Of a stretch of 32,000 bases of DNA, positions 7,203 to 15,275 are shown piece by piece (positions within the stretch are counted from its first letter, which is position 1; the number at the start of each line of letters is the position of its first letter). Origin of the DNA: Candidatus Saccharimonadota bacterium (GTDB taxonomy: Bacteria; Patescibacteriota; Saccharimonadia; Saccharimonadales; UBA4665); NCBI GenBank assembly GCA_002952755.1, contig CP025011.1, positions 60,001 to 92,000 of the forward strand. Reading direction: 5' to 3'. A program made the position numbers and the translations under genes. The notes beneath the pieces were generated by a model. The model was given only the letters and a program-made list of their open reading frames with translations. It had not been told where the DNA came from and searched no databases.

Positions 7203-7817
7203 TCATGGTACGACTGGTCGTTCCCAGCTATCCGTATCTACATAATCAAGTATCGCCATGAGACCGATACGCGCTTGGCCGTCGTGGAGTATGGCTGCCG
7301 CTGCTTGAGTTTTTATGTCAAGTTGACGTAATGGGTCTTCGGGATAGAAAAACGAAAGTTCAGCACCTTCCAGGCCTTCATACAAACGGAGCGCGTCTGG
7401 ATTTTGTATCATGCTTATGACAGTACAAATCCCCCGGTCGCAGAGATCGGCAAGGGCTGATTGATGTAAACGCCATCCGTAGCCATTTCCTTGGAGTGAT
7501 TGATGAATTTCGGTGGAAACTACTTGCGCGGTGCCATCTAACGTGGCGGAGACGACCATCTGGTTGACTGCACTATTACCAGGCAGACGATATATGTCAT
7601 ACATACCATGATGAAAGTGGATTATCGGACGGTTTCTTATATATAGCTGGACCGCTTCTGCAAGTTCTGCATGATTAACAAAGGGCGTGGCGGTAAGCCG
7701 GCTAAAGGGTGCATCAAGCAAATCTCCAAAGGCACCCTCAGGAAGATGGTCAAAATAGTGCATATAGGGAGGGGTAGTTTGTTCGAATGTATGTGATGGA
7801 AACCGACTGCGCAGCAT
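7203..7817 (-). CDS. GNAT-like acetyltransferase domain protein (tentative)
   Basis: 204 aa. LQGNGYGWRLHQSAL resembles the GNAT acetyl-CoA loop Q/RxxGxG/A. The remainder is unrecognised. Confidence 0.45.
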   Translation of the reverse strand: MLRSRFPSHTFEQTTPPYMHYFDHLPEGAFGDLLDAPFSRLTATPFVNHAELAEAVQLYIRNRPIIHFHHGMYDIYRLPGNSAVNQMVVSATLDGTAQVVSTEIHQSLQGNGYGWRLHQSALADLCDRGICTVISMIQNPDALRLYEGLEGAELSFFYPEDPLRQLDIKTQAAAAILHDGQARIGLMAILDYVDTDSWERPVVP

Positions 7818-8012
7818 GCTATTTCCTATTTGTTGTCTTGTTTAGCATATTGCAGGGCTATGCCAGGTTTCAAGTATCTTGATTCTTTGGGTTAGGTACG
7901 CCTACTCCTGCCAGGATACTCAAGGCATAACCCGGCCCGCTCTCCATAAGGTTAGTCGCTAAGACGGTATTATATGATATTATATGTAAACAAAGTAGAG
8001 AATGGAGTGTAC

Positions 8013-8612
8013 ATGTCCACAGGCGAGCTTATTGTATCTCGTGAAGGTAACCCCTTAGTCGCCCTGGGCATGACAGGCGCCTCTTTTGATGGCGCACAAA
8101 GAGCGGGGGTAGTGCGTATCGAGGCCGATACTGATGCGATGATATATATCGCGCGAAAGGTTGGCTTTACGCGTCCTTCTGAAGATCTTTCTCCATTGGT
8201 AGCGATAACAAGAGATAGTGGTGACACTCGAAGCTTAATAGGACGCTGGGACGATCAGTTGCCCGTAAACCAGGGCAGCCCTAACACTGGACGTTTCTTT
8301 CCCGCCAACCATCTCGATAGACAAGATCCTATATCCGCTAACAGGGAGGCTTTTGTTAAGGTTGCCAGAAGTATAGGTGCTCCTGCGCTTACTGAAATAT
8401 CTATTCCTAGCTGGCAGAATGGGGCAACTCATGCCGGTGACTTTGCGACCGGCCTCTTACTTGGCCAGCGGCCGCTAGATCTGCCTCCTAGACCCTCGCT
8501 ATTAGGCAAGATAGGCGCTTTCTTTACTCTTGACCCTCAGTCTGTTGCTGCTATCGAGGCTGTGCGCGCCGATCGTACAATGCCTCCGCCTTTTATTATT
8601 ACGCGTCAATAA
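8013..8612 (+). CDS. Hypothetical protein (orphan)
   Basis: The ORF opens at 7974. The ATG at 8013 is preceded by GGAG. No motif recognised. Confidence 0.5.
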   Translation: MSTGELIVSREGNPLVALGMTGASFDGAQRAGVVRIEADTDAMIYIARKVGFTRPSEDLSPLVAITRDSGDTRSLIGRWDDQLPVNQGSPNTGRFFPANHLDRQDPISANREAFVKVARSIGAPALTEISIPSWQNGATHAGDFATGLLLGQRPLDLPPRPSLLGKIGAFFTLDPQSVAAIEAVRADRTMPPPFIITRQ

Positions 8613-8874
8613 AACATCCTGGATTCCCAAGGATCCTCGAAAAATGGAACATGACTTAGCTGCGTGACTATATAAAAAGGCAGCTAATGCTACCTGGGGC
8701 TTTCAAATTTGGTAGCCATGAGTAGGGCGGATTGGAACATTATTAAGACTGAACTGATCAGCATGCATAAGGTAGTTCAGATGTACCAACAGCATTATCA
8801 GCGGTTAGTCTAAGCGAGGGTAGTTGAACATGGGGTTTTCGTGATTGATACAAAAGGCTACAATAGGAGCAGAG

Positions 8875-9093
8875 ATGGATGAGAAGGTATATGAGGTGAT
8901 TTTGGCTGTACTTGGCCTGCTGACAGCAGCAGCTGCCGGAACATTCATATTTAGCCGACTTAAGATGAAAAAGAAAAATAAAGCTACAAACAGAGTAAAC
9001 CAATTTGGCATCGGTAGCGTAAGGAACTCGGCAAACGTCACGCAAAACGTAGGAAACGACAGTAACGATGACCAGCGTACCAGAGCAAACTAA
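8875..9093 (+). CDS. Single-pass membrane protein with QxGxGxVxN repeat; probable N-terminal part of the effector component
   Basis: ATG at 8875 preceded by AGGAG (8865-8869). TM helix VILAVLGLLTAAAAGTFIF followed by a KMKKKNK stop-transfer. Overlaps the next ORF by 26 nt in another frame. Confidence 0.55.
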   Translation: MDEKVYEVILAVLGLLTAAAAGTFIFSRLKMKKKNKATNRVNQFGIGSVRNSANVTQNVGNDSNDDQRTRAN

Positions 9094-9616
9094 CACCATT
9101 AAACAAAGTGGTATGGGCAATGTGAAGAACATTGTTAATTTTGCCGATCCCAAAAAAGCTTCCAATGAGGTACAGGCCATTATGTCTGTAATAGACTACC
9201 TATCAGGTGAAGTAGAGAAACAATCAGAGCCACTGGACATCAAGAAAGAGCGCGACTGGAACATTAAAATCAATCAGCGCTTTGTGAAATACAGAGATCA
9301 GATTGACGAAGAAGTTACCCAACTGTTGCCGCTATACAAAGATAAATACAAATCTGCCTGGGAATACTCTGGCATCACTGAACCTCGCCGGGACGAGATA
9401 GATGTTTTGCTTTCAATTAGGAGCAAGCAGGAATTGCAGACGACCGGCAACGATCCCATCAAGGGCATCGATAATTTGGTCAAATGGCTTTGTGCCGAGG
9501 CTTCGTTGCATATGGACGATGAGCAGACCTACAGCGAGATGGCAGTGCGGTTCTTTGTGTATATGGAATTCCAGCGTTGCAGCGTATTTCCAAATGGGGT
9601 AGCGGTAGATGAGTAA
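9068..9616 (+). CDS. Helical protein; candidate ABC-3C effector C-terminal module
   Basis: 182-aa ORF. It begins with a second copy of the QxGxGxVxN motif (KQSGMGNVKN). It ends in an ATGAGTAA overlap with the next gene. Confidence 0.6.
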   Translation: MTSVPEQTNTIKQSGMGNVKNIVNFADPKKASNEVQAIMSVIDYLSGEVEKQSEPLDIKKERDWNIKINQRFVKYRDQIDEEVTQLLPLYKDKYKSAWEYSGITEPRRDEIDVLLSIRSKQELQTTGNDPIKGIDNLVKWLCAEASLHMDDEQTYSEMAVRFFVYMEFQRCSVFPNGVAVDE

Positions 9617-9863
9617 TAATGACTTATTTCTTGGCGAGAACGAAGACCTTAAGCTTAGTAGCGTGTATCTAGGTATGCGTATTGTTAATGTGCTTGAGAA
9701 ATCTAAAAAAATGACCATTTATGAAATATTTGAATTCCTGCGTTCGCGCCATTCGGGGGTTAGTTATGGGAACGTTATGAACGCGCTTACATTTCTATAC
9801 CTGGCCGACATAGTGTTGTTTAAGAAGCCATACTTTGAGGTTGTGAGCAATGATAAGGCTTAA
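9609..9863 (+). CDS. 84-aa small winged-helix-like protein; candidate ABC-3C middle component
   Basis: Overlaps both neighbours (8 nt and 14 nt). The pattern MTIYEIFEFLRSRH...VMNALTFLYLADIVLF is typical of a small wHTH. Confidence 0.65.
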   Translation: MSNNDLFLGENEDLKLSSVYLGMRIVNVLEKSKKMTIYEIFEFLRSRHSGVSYGNVMNALTFLYLADIVLFKKPYFEVVSNDKA

Positions 9864-11640
9864 GAAGTTCTACCTAGAGCCTGACGTCCTAGTGGATGGT
9901 AGTTTTGAGCCTGTAGAGTTCAAGGCGGGTATAAATCTAATCATTGGTGATAAATCGAGCGAAGAGTACGACACGAGTCAGCAGAAGAAGATGAATAGTG
10001 TCGGTAAATCTTTGTTTATCGAATTTGTAAACTTTTGCTTACTGAAAGATTACTCGCGATCACGCATAGCCCGTATACCTGGTGAAGTATTGACGGGTGA
10101 TACTTATGCTTGCCTAGAACTCGAGCACGAAACGTCTACCGAGCTAAACACTATTCTTATCAAACGTAGTGTGGGTGGGCGTCTTCCAATGCTAATTTTT
10201 GTTGGCGAAGACGGTTCTGAATTTGAAGAAAAGCAGATAGAGAATGCCAGAGAGTATTTATCACACTTCTTCCTGACTAACGAAGCAGTTACAAAGCCTA
10301 CTCTAAGGCGACTGTTGAGTATATTAATCCGCAATGAAAAGGCTGGCTATGACGATATCCTAAAGCCGGATCCAACATCGGCGGCAAATAGTGCCGATCG
10401 ACTAATCGCCCCTCATGCGTACATGTTTGGCTTTGATCTAGATAAGATTAAATTGGTCGCTGAAATTCGTGATCAAGCTACGAACATTCAGGCAGTTATT
10501 CGAGATGCTAAAGCTCGGATCATAGGTTCTGGACAAAAGTGGCAAGAGGTAAGGTCCTACATACATGAGCTTGAGGCTGAAGTTCAGAAGTTAGATTATA
10601 GTGTCGAGAAGTTACGGCCTGCTGAAGGTGCTTCTCAGTTACTGAATGAAATAGGTGAACTGAATAAGCAGCTTGATACGCTAATAACTGAGAAGTCTTC
10701 TCGCGAAGTTCTAGCGAGAAAGATTAAAGGTCTAGTGCATAGCACCGAGGATGTTGACATTGCCGAACTCAAGCGTGTATATGAGAAATATAAGCAGGGT
10801 CTGGGTGATTTAGTTAGTAAGACTTTTGAACAGACGCTAGATTTTCGTAAGCAAATTGATGAATTCCAGAATGACCTAATGGCAAATAAGCTTACGACTC
10901 TTAACAAAGAAATTGAAGACTTACACCGGGAAATTGATACTATCGATAGCCGCATCGCTAAGGCATACGAAACCATTGGTTACGGTAATACGATTTCTGA
11001 TTTCCGTGTAACTTTACGGCAGCAACAAGAAAGTAATTCTAAGCTTGAACGACTTCGATCTGACTATGAACTAATTGAAACAAAAGAGATCGAAAAAAAG
11101 AAATTACTAGCGCGCTGGCAGCAGCTTGTAAATGAAGTTGAGACACGATTGTTTGAAATTAAGACGAACGTTGACACATTTGAAAATAACCTCGTTGATC
11201 TCCATGGCTATATCTATGGCAACAGAAAATGTCACTTCCGTATTTCGGTTAATGAAAAAGCTAAGAAACAAGTGCTGCAAATTGACTATAGGACTGATTT
11301 AGACGGTGGAGCAAGTTCCGACAGAATTAAAACTTTCATCTACGATGTGCGTCTTATGCTTGATAACTATACCAGTAAGCGGCATCCGGGCTTTCTGATT
11401 CATGACAATGTTTTTGCAGCGGTTGGTCGGAATGACATGGTTAAATCACTTAATTACCTCTATGACGTTGAGCAGAAGCAAGATGGCTTTCAATATATAG
11501 TGGCTATCAATCGTGATGAATTTGAATCGCACGAACAAGAGCTAGATTTTAAGGCCGCAGATAAAATTGTGCTTCAGCTAACACGTGAGCATCCGTTACT
11601 CGGTACGCAGTATACAGAAGTAATACCTGAAAGGGATTAA
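9850..11640 (+). CDS. Coiled-coil ABC/SMC-like ATPase (DUF2326/YydD-like by recollection)
   Basis: 596 aa. FKAGINLIIGD...NSVGKS (P-loop), a heptad-rich region of roughly 250 aa, DGGASSD (signature-like) and GFLIHD (Walker B). Confidence 0.8.
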   Translation: MIRLKKFYLEPDVLVDGSFEPVEFKAGINLIIGDKSSEEYDTSQQKKMNSVGKSLFIEFVNFCLLKDYSRSRIARIPGEVLTGDTYACLELEHETSTELNTILIKRSVGGRLPMLIFVGEDGSEFEEKQIENAREYLSHFFLTNEAVTKPTLRRLLSILIRNEKAGYDDILKPDPTSAANSADRLIAPHAYMFGFDLDKIKLVAEIRDQATNIQAVIRDAKARIIGSGQKWQEVRSYIHELEAEVQKLDYSVEKLRPAEGASQLLNEIGELNKQLDTLITEKSSREVLARKIKGLVHSTEDVDIAELKRVYEKYKQGLGDLVSKTFEQTLDFRKQIDEFQNDLMANKLTTLNKEIEDLHREIDTIDSRIAKAYETIGYGNTISDFRVTLRQQQESNSKLERLRSDYELIETKEIEKKKLLARWQQLVNEVETRLFEIKTNVDTFENNLVDLHGYIYGNRKCHFRISVNEKAKKQVLQIDYRTDLDGGASSDRIKTFIYDVRLMLDNYTSKRHPGFLIHDNVFAAVGRNDMVKSLNYLYDVEQKQDGFQYIVAINRDEFESHEQELDFKAADKIVLQLTREHPLLGTQYTEVIPERD

Positions 11641-11646
11641 TAGGCG

Positions 11647-13128
11647 CTAGCTCTTGGACGCGGAGGGCTTATTATCGTTCCTAGCGTCTATCACGATAAT
11701 GTTTTTGGCATCAGTGAGCGATAGCTCGTACAGCAGGGCCTTGACCGTTTCTTGCTCTTTGGCAGTGTAACAGATGATAACAATAACCTTTTTATTAGTA
11801 TTATTTGCTTTTAGGTAGACCTCAGTCTGTTTTTCAATGCCGTGCCTGAGCTGGCTGTTGCTCGCGAGCTTGAACTCCACGATGGATTTGTCGAGTGCGC
11901 CAAAGGAAACAGTGCCATCAACGGGGCCGCGCCCATTATTAGGTTCACGGTTGAAGTCGTACCTAGTGCCATACCAGACCATGGTAAATAGTAGCTGCAC
12001 GGTTTTCTCGTTGCTTGGCTTTTTGGCTAGCTTGTCGTTAATGATCTTGTAGCCGTCTTTGTTCTCGATACAGTCTTTGAGGTATTCGGCGCGTTTAATC
12101 GCTTCTTCCAAGCTCCCCGCTGGTTGGGTCAAGAATTCGCTGTTCTTTTGTAGCAGTTCAGTAAGTGCCTGCGCCTCTTCTACCTTTGATTCGATTTCCT
12201 GCACCCGCTCTATGCTTACCGCGGTAGCTCGCTCGCCCCTCTGTTCCTTGAGCTTAATGTAGTAATCGATAAGTTCTGGAAACTCATGAATGGTAGCGAC
12301 GGCAGCCTTATTACGCTCTTTCTTTGTAGGGCCTTTCTTTTTGCGCGTTGGCGGGGGAAGTTGGGATCGGAAGTAGTTATTGACCTGATCGCGTAGCTGC
12401 TCGTTGGAAATTGCCGATGGTATTTCATCGAAATAACCAACAAGGTCTTCTCGGTTAATCCATGTATCATCTTTGGTCAGAATATTCCTTGGCGACAGAA
12501 GAACGTAGTCGTCATTAAAGACAGGGAGGGTATACGTTTTATCAACCCATGTTTCAGTCGTGTAATTAAAGTCAACGCGTCGCACGGTGAACTTACGCAG
12601 GCGGTGCGCGGGAATATTGGCCGCGGCAAACTTTTCAGTGTAGTCCAGCAGGAAGCCTTTAATAAGATTAGTTGTGAAGTCGCTGATGTTATCTTTGCCA
12701 ATATTGTCTTTGACGAGGCAGAGCTTTTCGAGGTGACTCCCGGCGGTAATTTCCTCATCACCAAACGTGGTGAAGATCTTGTGTAGGTTGGCATGTAAGT
12801 TTCTGGCGAAATCCATACCTAGCCCGCTGCCGGAATTGCCTAGTACCGTGTAGCCAAGCCAGTTTTGCTGAACTTCTTTAAAGCAGTACCACGCTCGGAG
12901 CTCACCGTCTGTAACAGTTGCTTTGCTGATGGACTTATCCCGAAGAAAGCGTAGGTACTGGATTATGTTATCGTGAAGGGCTCGATAGATTTTGTCCTCG
13001 CTGTTAAACAGAAGAAAAGGGTCTATGAACAGAGGAAGATCGGTAACCAAGGAGATGTCGATTGTGCCGTAATCGTACAGTGTTTGCTTATTTACCCCAA
13101 AATAATCCGAGAAGTAGAGCTTTATCAT
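11647..13128 (-). CDS. Large protein with a C-terminal RecB/Cas4-like PD-(D/E)xK nuclease domain
   Basis: 493 aa. GPVD(404)G...IVE(418)FK(420)...Q(434)TEVY(438) gives D, ExK and QxxxY in canonical order and spacing. The N-terminal ~380 aa are unassigned (conserved-looking DLPLFIDPFLLF). Confidence 0.75.
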   Translation of the reverse strand: MIKLYFSDYFGVNKQTLYDYGTIDISLVTDLPLFIDPFLLFNSEDKIYRALHDNIIQYLRFLRDKSISKATVTDGELRAWYCFKEVQQNWLGYTVLGNSGSGLGMDFARNLHANLHKIFTTFGDEEITAGSHLEKLCLVKDNIGKDNISDFTTNLIKGFLLDYTEKFAAANIPAHRLRKFTVRRVDFNYTTETWVDKTYTLPVFNDDYVLLSPRNILTKDDTWINREDLVGYFDEIPSAISNEQLRDQVNNYFRSQLPPPTRKKKGPTKKERNKAAVATIHEFPELIDYYIKLKEQRGERATAVSIERVQEIESKVEEAQALTELLQKNSEFLTQPAGSLEEAIKRAEYLKDCIENKDGYKIINDKLAKKPSNEKTVQLLFTMVWYGTRYDFNREPNNGRGPVDGTVSFGALDKSIVEFKLASNSQLRHGIEKQTEVYLKANNTNKKVIVIICYTAKEQETVKALLYELSLTDAKNIIVIDARNDNKPSASKS

Positions 13129-13283
13129 AGTGATGACTCGGTGTTTCCTAATGTGTCACGAACCGCCTCGGCGTTAGCCAAGGGTGCAAAAGCAACCATC
13201 TTTACTCTCGTGAACTCCATTTCACAATAATTATAGACCTTTAGCAAAAAATCTACTATTAGTAGTGAACGAGGCGGTGGTGC

Positions 13284-14264
13284 CTAATTGCCTACAAAGC
13301 TACACAGTTCGTGCCAAATTGCGTCCGCAACCTCAATCTCGCCGGTTTCTTCCGCTTGCTTTGCTAAAGCATCGCCGTGCTCGCCAGGCAATACAACTTG
13401 CCGGCCATCAAGTGGCTTGGCGCTTTTAATATGGTCAACCAATTCTGTGCTGCGCTTCATGAACTCATCTTTACCTGCAAGCAAACCAGCATCAATGGCA
13501 AGTACGAACGTACCGGAGCCGTCTTCTTTATGTGAACCGGAAATACCGGCGAGAGAAAATGCGCTACCCAGCATCTGCACGAATAGTGATAGACCAAAAC
13601 CCTTGTGAGCTGCGAAGGTGGAAATAGAACCATCGAGAACTTCGGCCGCATCGGTGCTTGGCTTGCCGTCTTTATCGAAGCCGATGCCAGCGGGCAGTGC
13701 TTCGCCTTTAAGCTTTGCTTCCACGATACCAAAGAATGCCATTGCGGCGGTGGCGTTATCGAACACAACTTCGCCGCCAGTGTATGGAAATGCATATGAG
13801 AATGGGTTAGTGCCGAGCTTGGGCTCTGCGGAGCCGCTTGGTGCAACGAATGCAAAGGAGCCATTGCCCACGCAAACAAAACCGATGTAGCCCTTTTGTG
13901 CGATCCTTCTCGAAAAGTAACCGATTGCGCCTGATGAAGTGAATGTATGATTGGAGCAGACTATGCCGACGCCGTGCATGTTTGCCAGGTCTACTGCCAT
14001 ATCTGCCGCCTTAGCAGTTGCGACCATTGAATGCCCGCCAGAGAGCAGGGCGCCACACTTGTTTTCTATGGTAACGCGCAATTCCTCGATGTCGCTTGCT
14101 TTTGGCACGCCGCCGGTAGCAATTTTGGTAATACCTTGGTTATTGCCGCGCAGTTGGGCGTACAGTAGCACTTCTGCAATGGTCGCCGCGTCATTTCCTG
14201 TGTAACCGAGTTTTTCAACCCCAGCTATTACTTTCTCGCGCAAATCAGTAACTTTTACTTTCAT
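13284..14264 (-). CDS. Ldh_2 family (malate/L-lactate/sulfolactate-type) dehydrogenase
   Basis: AAGGAGG lies 5 nt upstream of the ATG at 14264. LLYAQLRGNNQG, GHSMVA, HTFTSSGAIGYF, LGTNPFSYAFP and AHKGFGLS are typical Ldh_2 motifs. Confidence 0.8.
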   Translation of the reverse strand: MKVKVTDLREKVIAGVEKLGYTGNDAATIAEVLLYAQLRGNNQGITKIATGGVPKASDIEELRVTIENKCGALLSGGHSMVATAKAADMAVDLANMHGVGIVCSNHTFTSSGAIGYFSRRIAQKGYIGFVCVGNGSFAFVAPSGSAEPKLGTNPFSYAFPYTGGEVVFDNATAAMAFFGIVEAKLKGEALPAGIGFDKDGKPSTDAAEVLDGSISTFAAHKGFGLSLFVQMLGSAFSLAGISGSHKEDGSGTFVLAIDAGLLAGKDEFMKRSTELVDHIKSAKPLDGRQVVLPGEHGDALAKQAEETGEIEVADAIWHELCSFVGN

Positions 14265-14394
14265 GGTCGCCTCCTTGAGGACAGTATACACCCCTGTTTA
14301 ACAATTAGTTTAAGGGTGTATCTAGCGACTGCTCAATCTCCATCAATAGCTCAAAGTATTCAGCCACTTTTGCAGTGTCATCGGCATCCATAAG

Positions 14395-14826
14395 CTAGCC
14401 AGTAATACCTTTATCGGTTAGGAATGTAACAAACAGAGCAGTGAGGTAAGTCATGAATAGTGCAGTTGCTACGGCAGCAATGATGCGCCATGCGCCTTTG
14501 AGGCGTATGCCGAAGAAAGACAAAGCTGTATTCTCACCAGTACTACTGGCAGCTAGAGTGTAAGCTAAAAGGAAGATAGTAAATGGTGGTACGAGTGCAA
14601 GAGCGAACCAACCGGTTTTATTCGCGTCGTGCAAACGCTGGATAGTCCAGTAGACGATTGGCACAGCCAGCGCCAGTGCTACGAGCATGGCGAATCCAGC
14701 GAACTCCTGGGCGTTTTGGTTGCGGGCAAGCATGTTGGCTGTTACGAATGTTGGCAGCGCGAATAGCATATTCAGTGCGTACGACTTTATATTCAGGCGC
14801 TTACGATAGTTGTTTTGATGCTTCAC
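14395..14826 (-). CDS. DUF805-family inner-membrane protein
   Basis: 143 aa, GTG start. RLHDANKTGWFALALVPP matches the DUF805 RLHD..sGW signature. About four TM helices. Confidence 0.65.
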   Translation of the reverse strand: MKHQNNYRKRLNIKSYALNMLFALPTFVTANMLARNQNAQEFAGFAMLVALALAVPIVYWTIQRLHDANKTGWFALALVPPFTIFLLAYTLAASSTGENTALSFFGIRLKGAWRIIAAVATALFMTYLTALFVTFLTDKGITG

Positions 14827-14831
14827 AAATT

Positions 14832-14910
14832 ACTCCATGTTTACTGCGTATGTGATTACTTACGATAATACACAAAGAGACGCATAAACTCCATGAGTAC
14901 TGCGTGGAGT
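14832..14910. promoter_or_regulatory. Candidate operator repeats in the divergent DUF805/XRE intergenic region
   Basis: ACTCCATGnnTACTGCGT occurs at 14832-14849 and 14888-14905 (16/18 identical). ACTCCA-N11-TGGAGT inverted repeat at 14888-14910. Confidence 0.4.
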
Positions 14911-14941
14911 ATTCATAGCATATCGCCTGTAATGGGAGGTA

Positions 14942-15193
14942 ATGAAAGCTATTGGTAAAATGTCTGACCGCGAGCTAGATGCCCTAAAGGATAAGCTCAC
15001 TAAAGAGATTGGCCAAAGAGTGCGCGCCGAACGCGAAAAGAAGAAGCTATCACAAGAAGAGCTTGCAGATATGGCGGGCTTTTATAGAACATACGTGGGG
15101 CATATCGAAACGGGTACATATTCACCCAGCGCCTTTACACTATGGCGCATTGCTAAGGCGCTAAATATTGATCCTGGCAAGCTACTCAAGTAG
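14942..15193 (+). CDS. XRE-family helix-turn-helix transcriptional regulator
   Basis: 83 aa with GGGAGG upstream. LSQEELADMAGFYRTYVGHIETGTYSPSAFTLWRIAKAL is a classic Cro/C1 HTH. Confidence 0.8.
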   Translation: MKAIGKMSDRELDALKDKLTKEIGQRVRAEREKKKLSQEELADMAGFYRTYVGHIETGTYSPSAFTLWRIAKALNIDPGKLLK

Positions 15194-15275
15194 CTCACGC
15201 TGTGCATGACCGCTATTACACCTCTTAAGCCCGCATTTTTTGGAGTAATATGTGATTATAAAGGAGGTGTACAGT

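Noticed and set aside
8709-8745. tRNA-3'-end-like string (reverse complement ...TGTTCCAATCCGCCCTACTCATGGCTACCA) that could be the second att/tRNA fragment of the recombinase element
   Set aside because: It has no 5' T-stem partner, the acceptor/CCA register does not fit a cloverleaf, and only GCTACCA is shared with the real tRNA. Serine recombinases also do not require long duplicated tRNA segments. A proper alignment would still be worthwhile, but it is not supportable by eye.
8758-9180. Antisense ORFs 8758-9180 and 8805-9041 (-) opposite the TM/repeat protein gene
   Set aside because: They overlap + strand genes that have an SD, a TM helix and coupling to the operon. The antisense products are low-complexity, Cys- and Leu-rich, and lack start signals.
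9609-9616. Identical ATGAGTAA start/stop overlap at 9609-9616 and 28041-28048
   Set aside because: This is a common translational-coupling junction (ATG overlapping a TAA stop four bases downstream). Two occurrences do not indicate a mobile or repeated element.
13160-13283. 9-bp inverted repeat ACCGCCTCG / CGAGGCGGT about 90 nt apart between the nuclease gene start and the Ldh_2 gene end, as a possible island boundary
   Set aside because: It is short, widely spaced and GC-rich, so a chance match is plausible. There is no matching sequence at the left edge of the patch.
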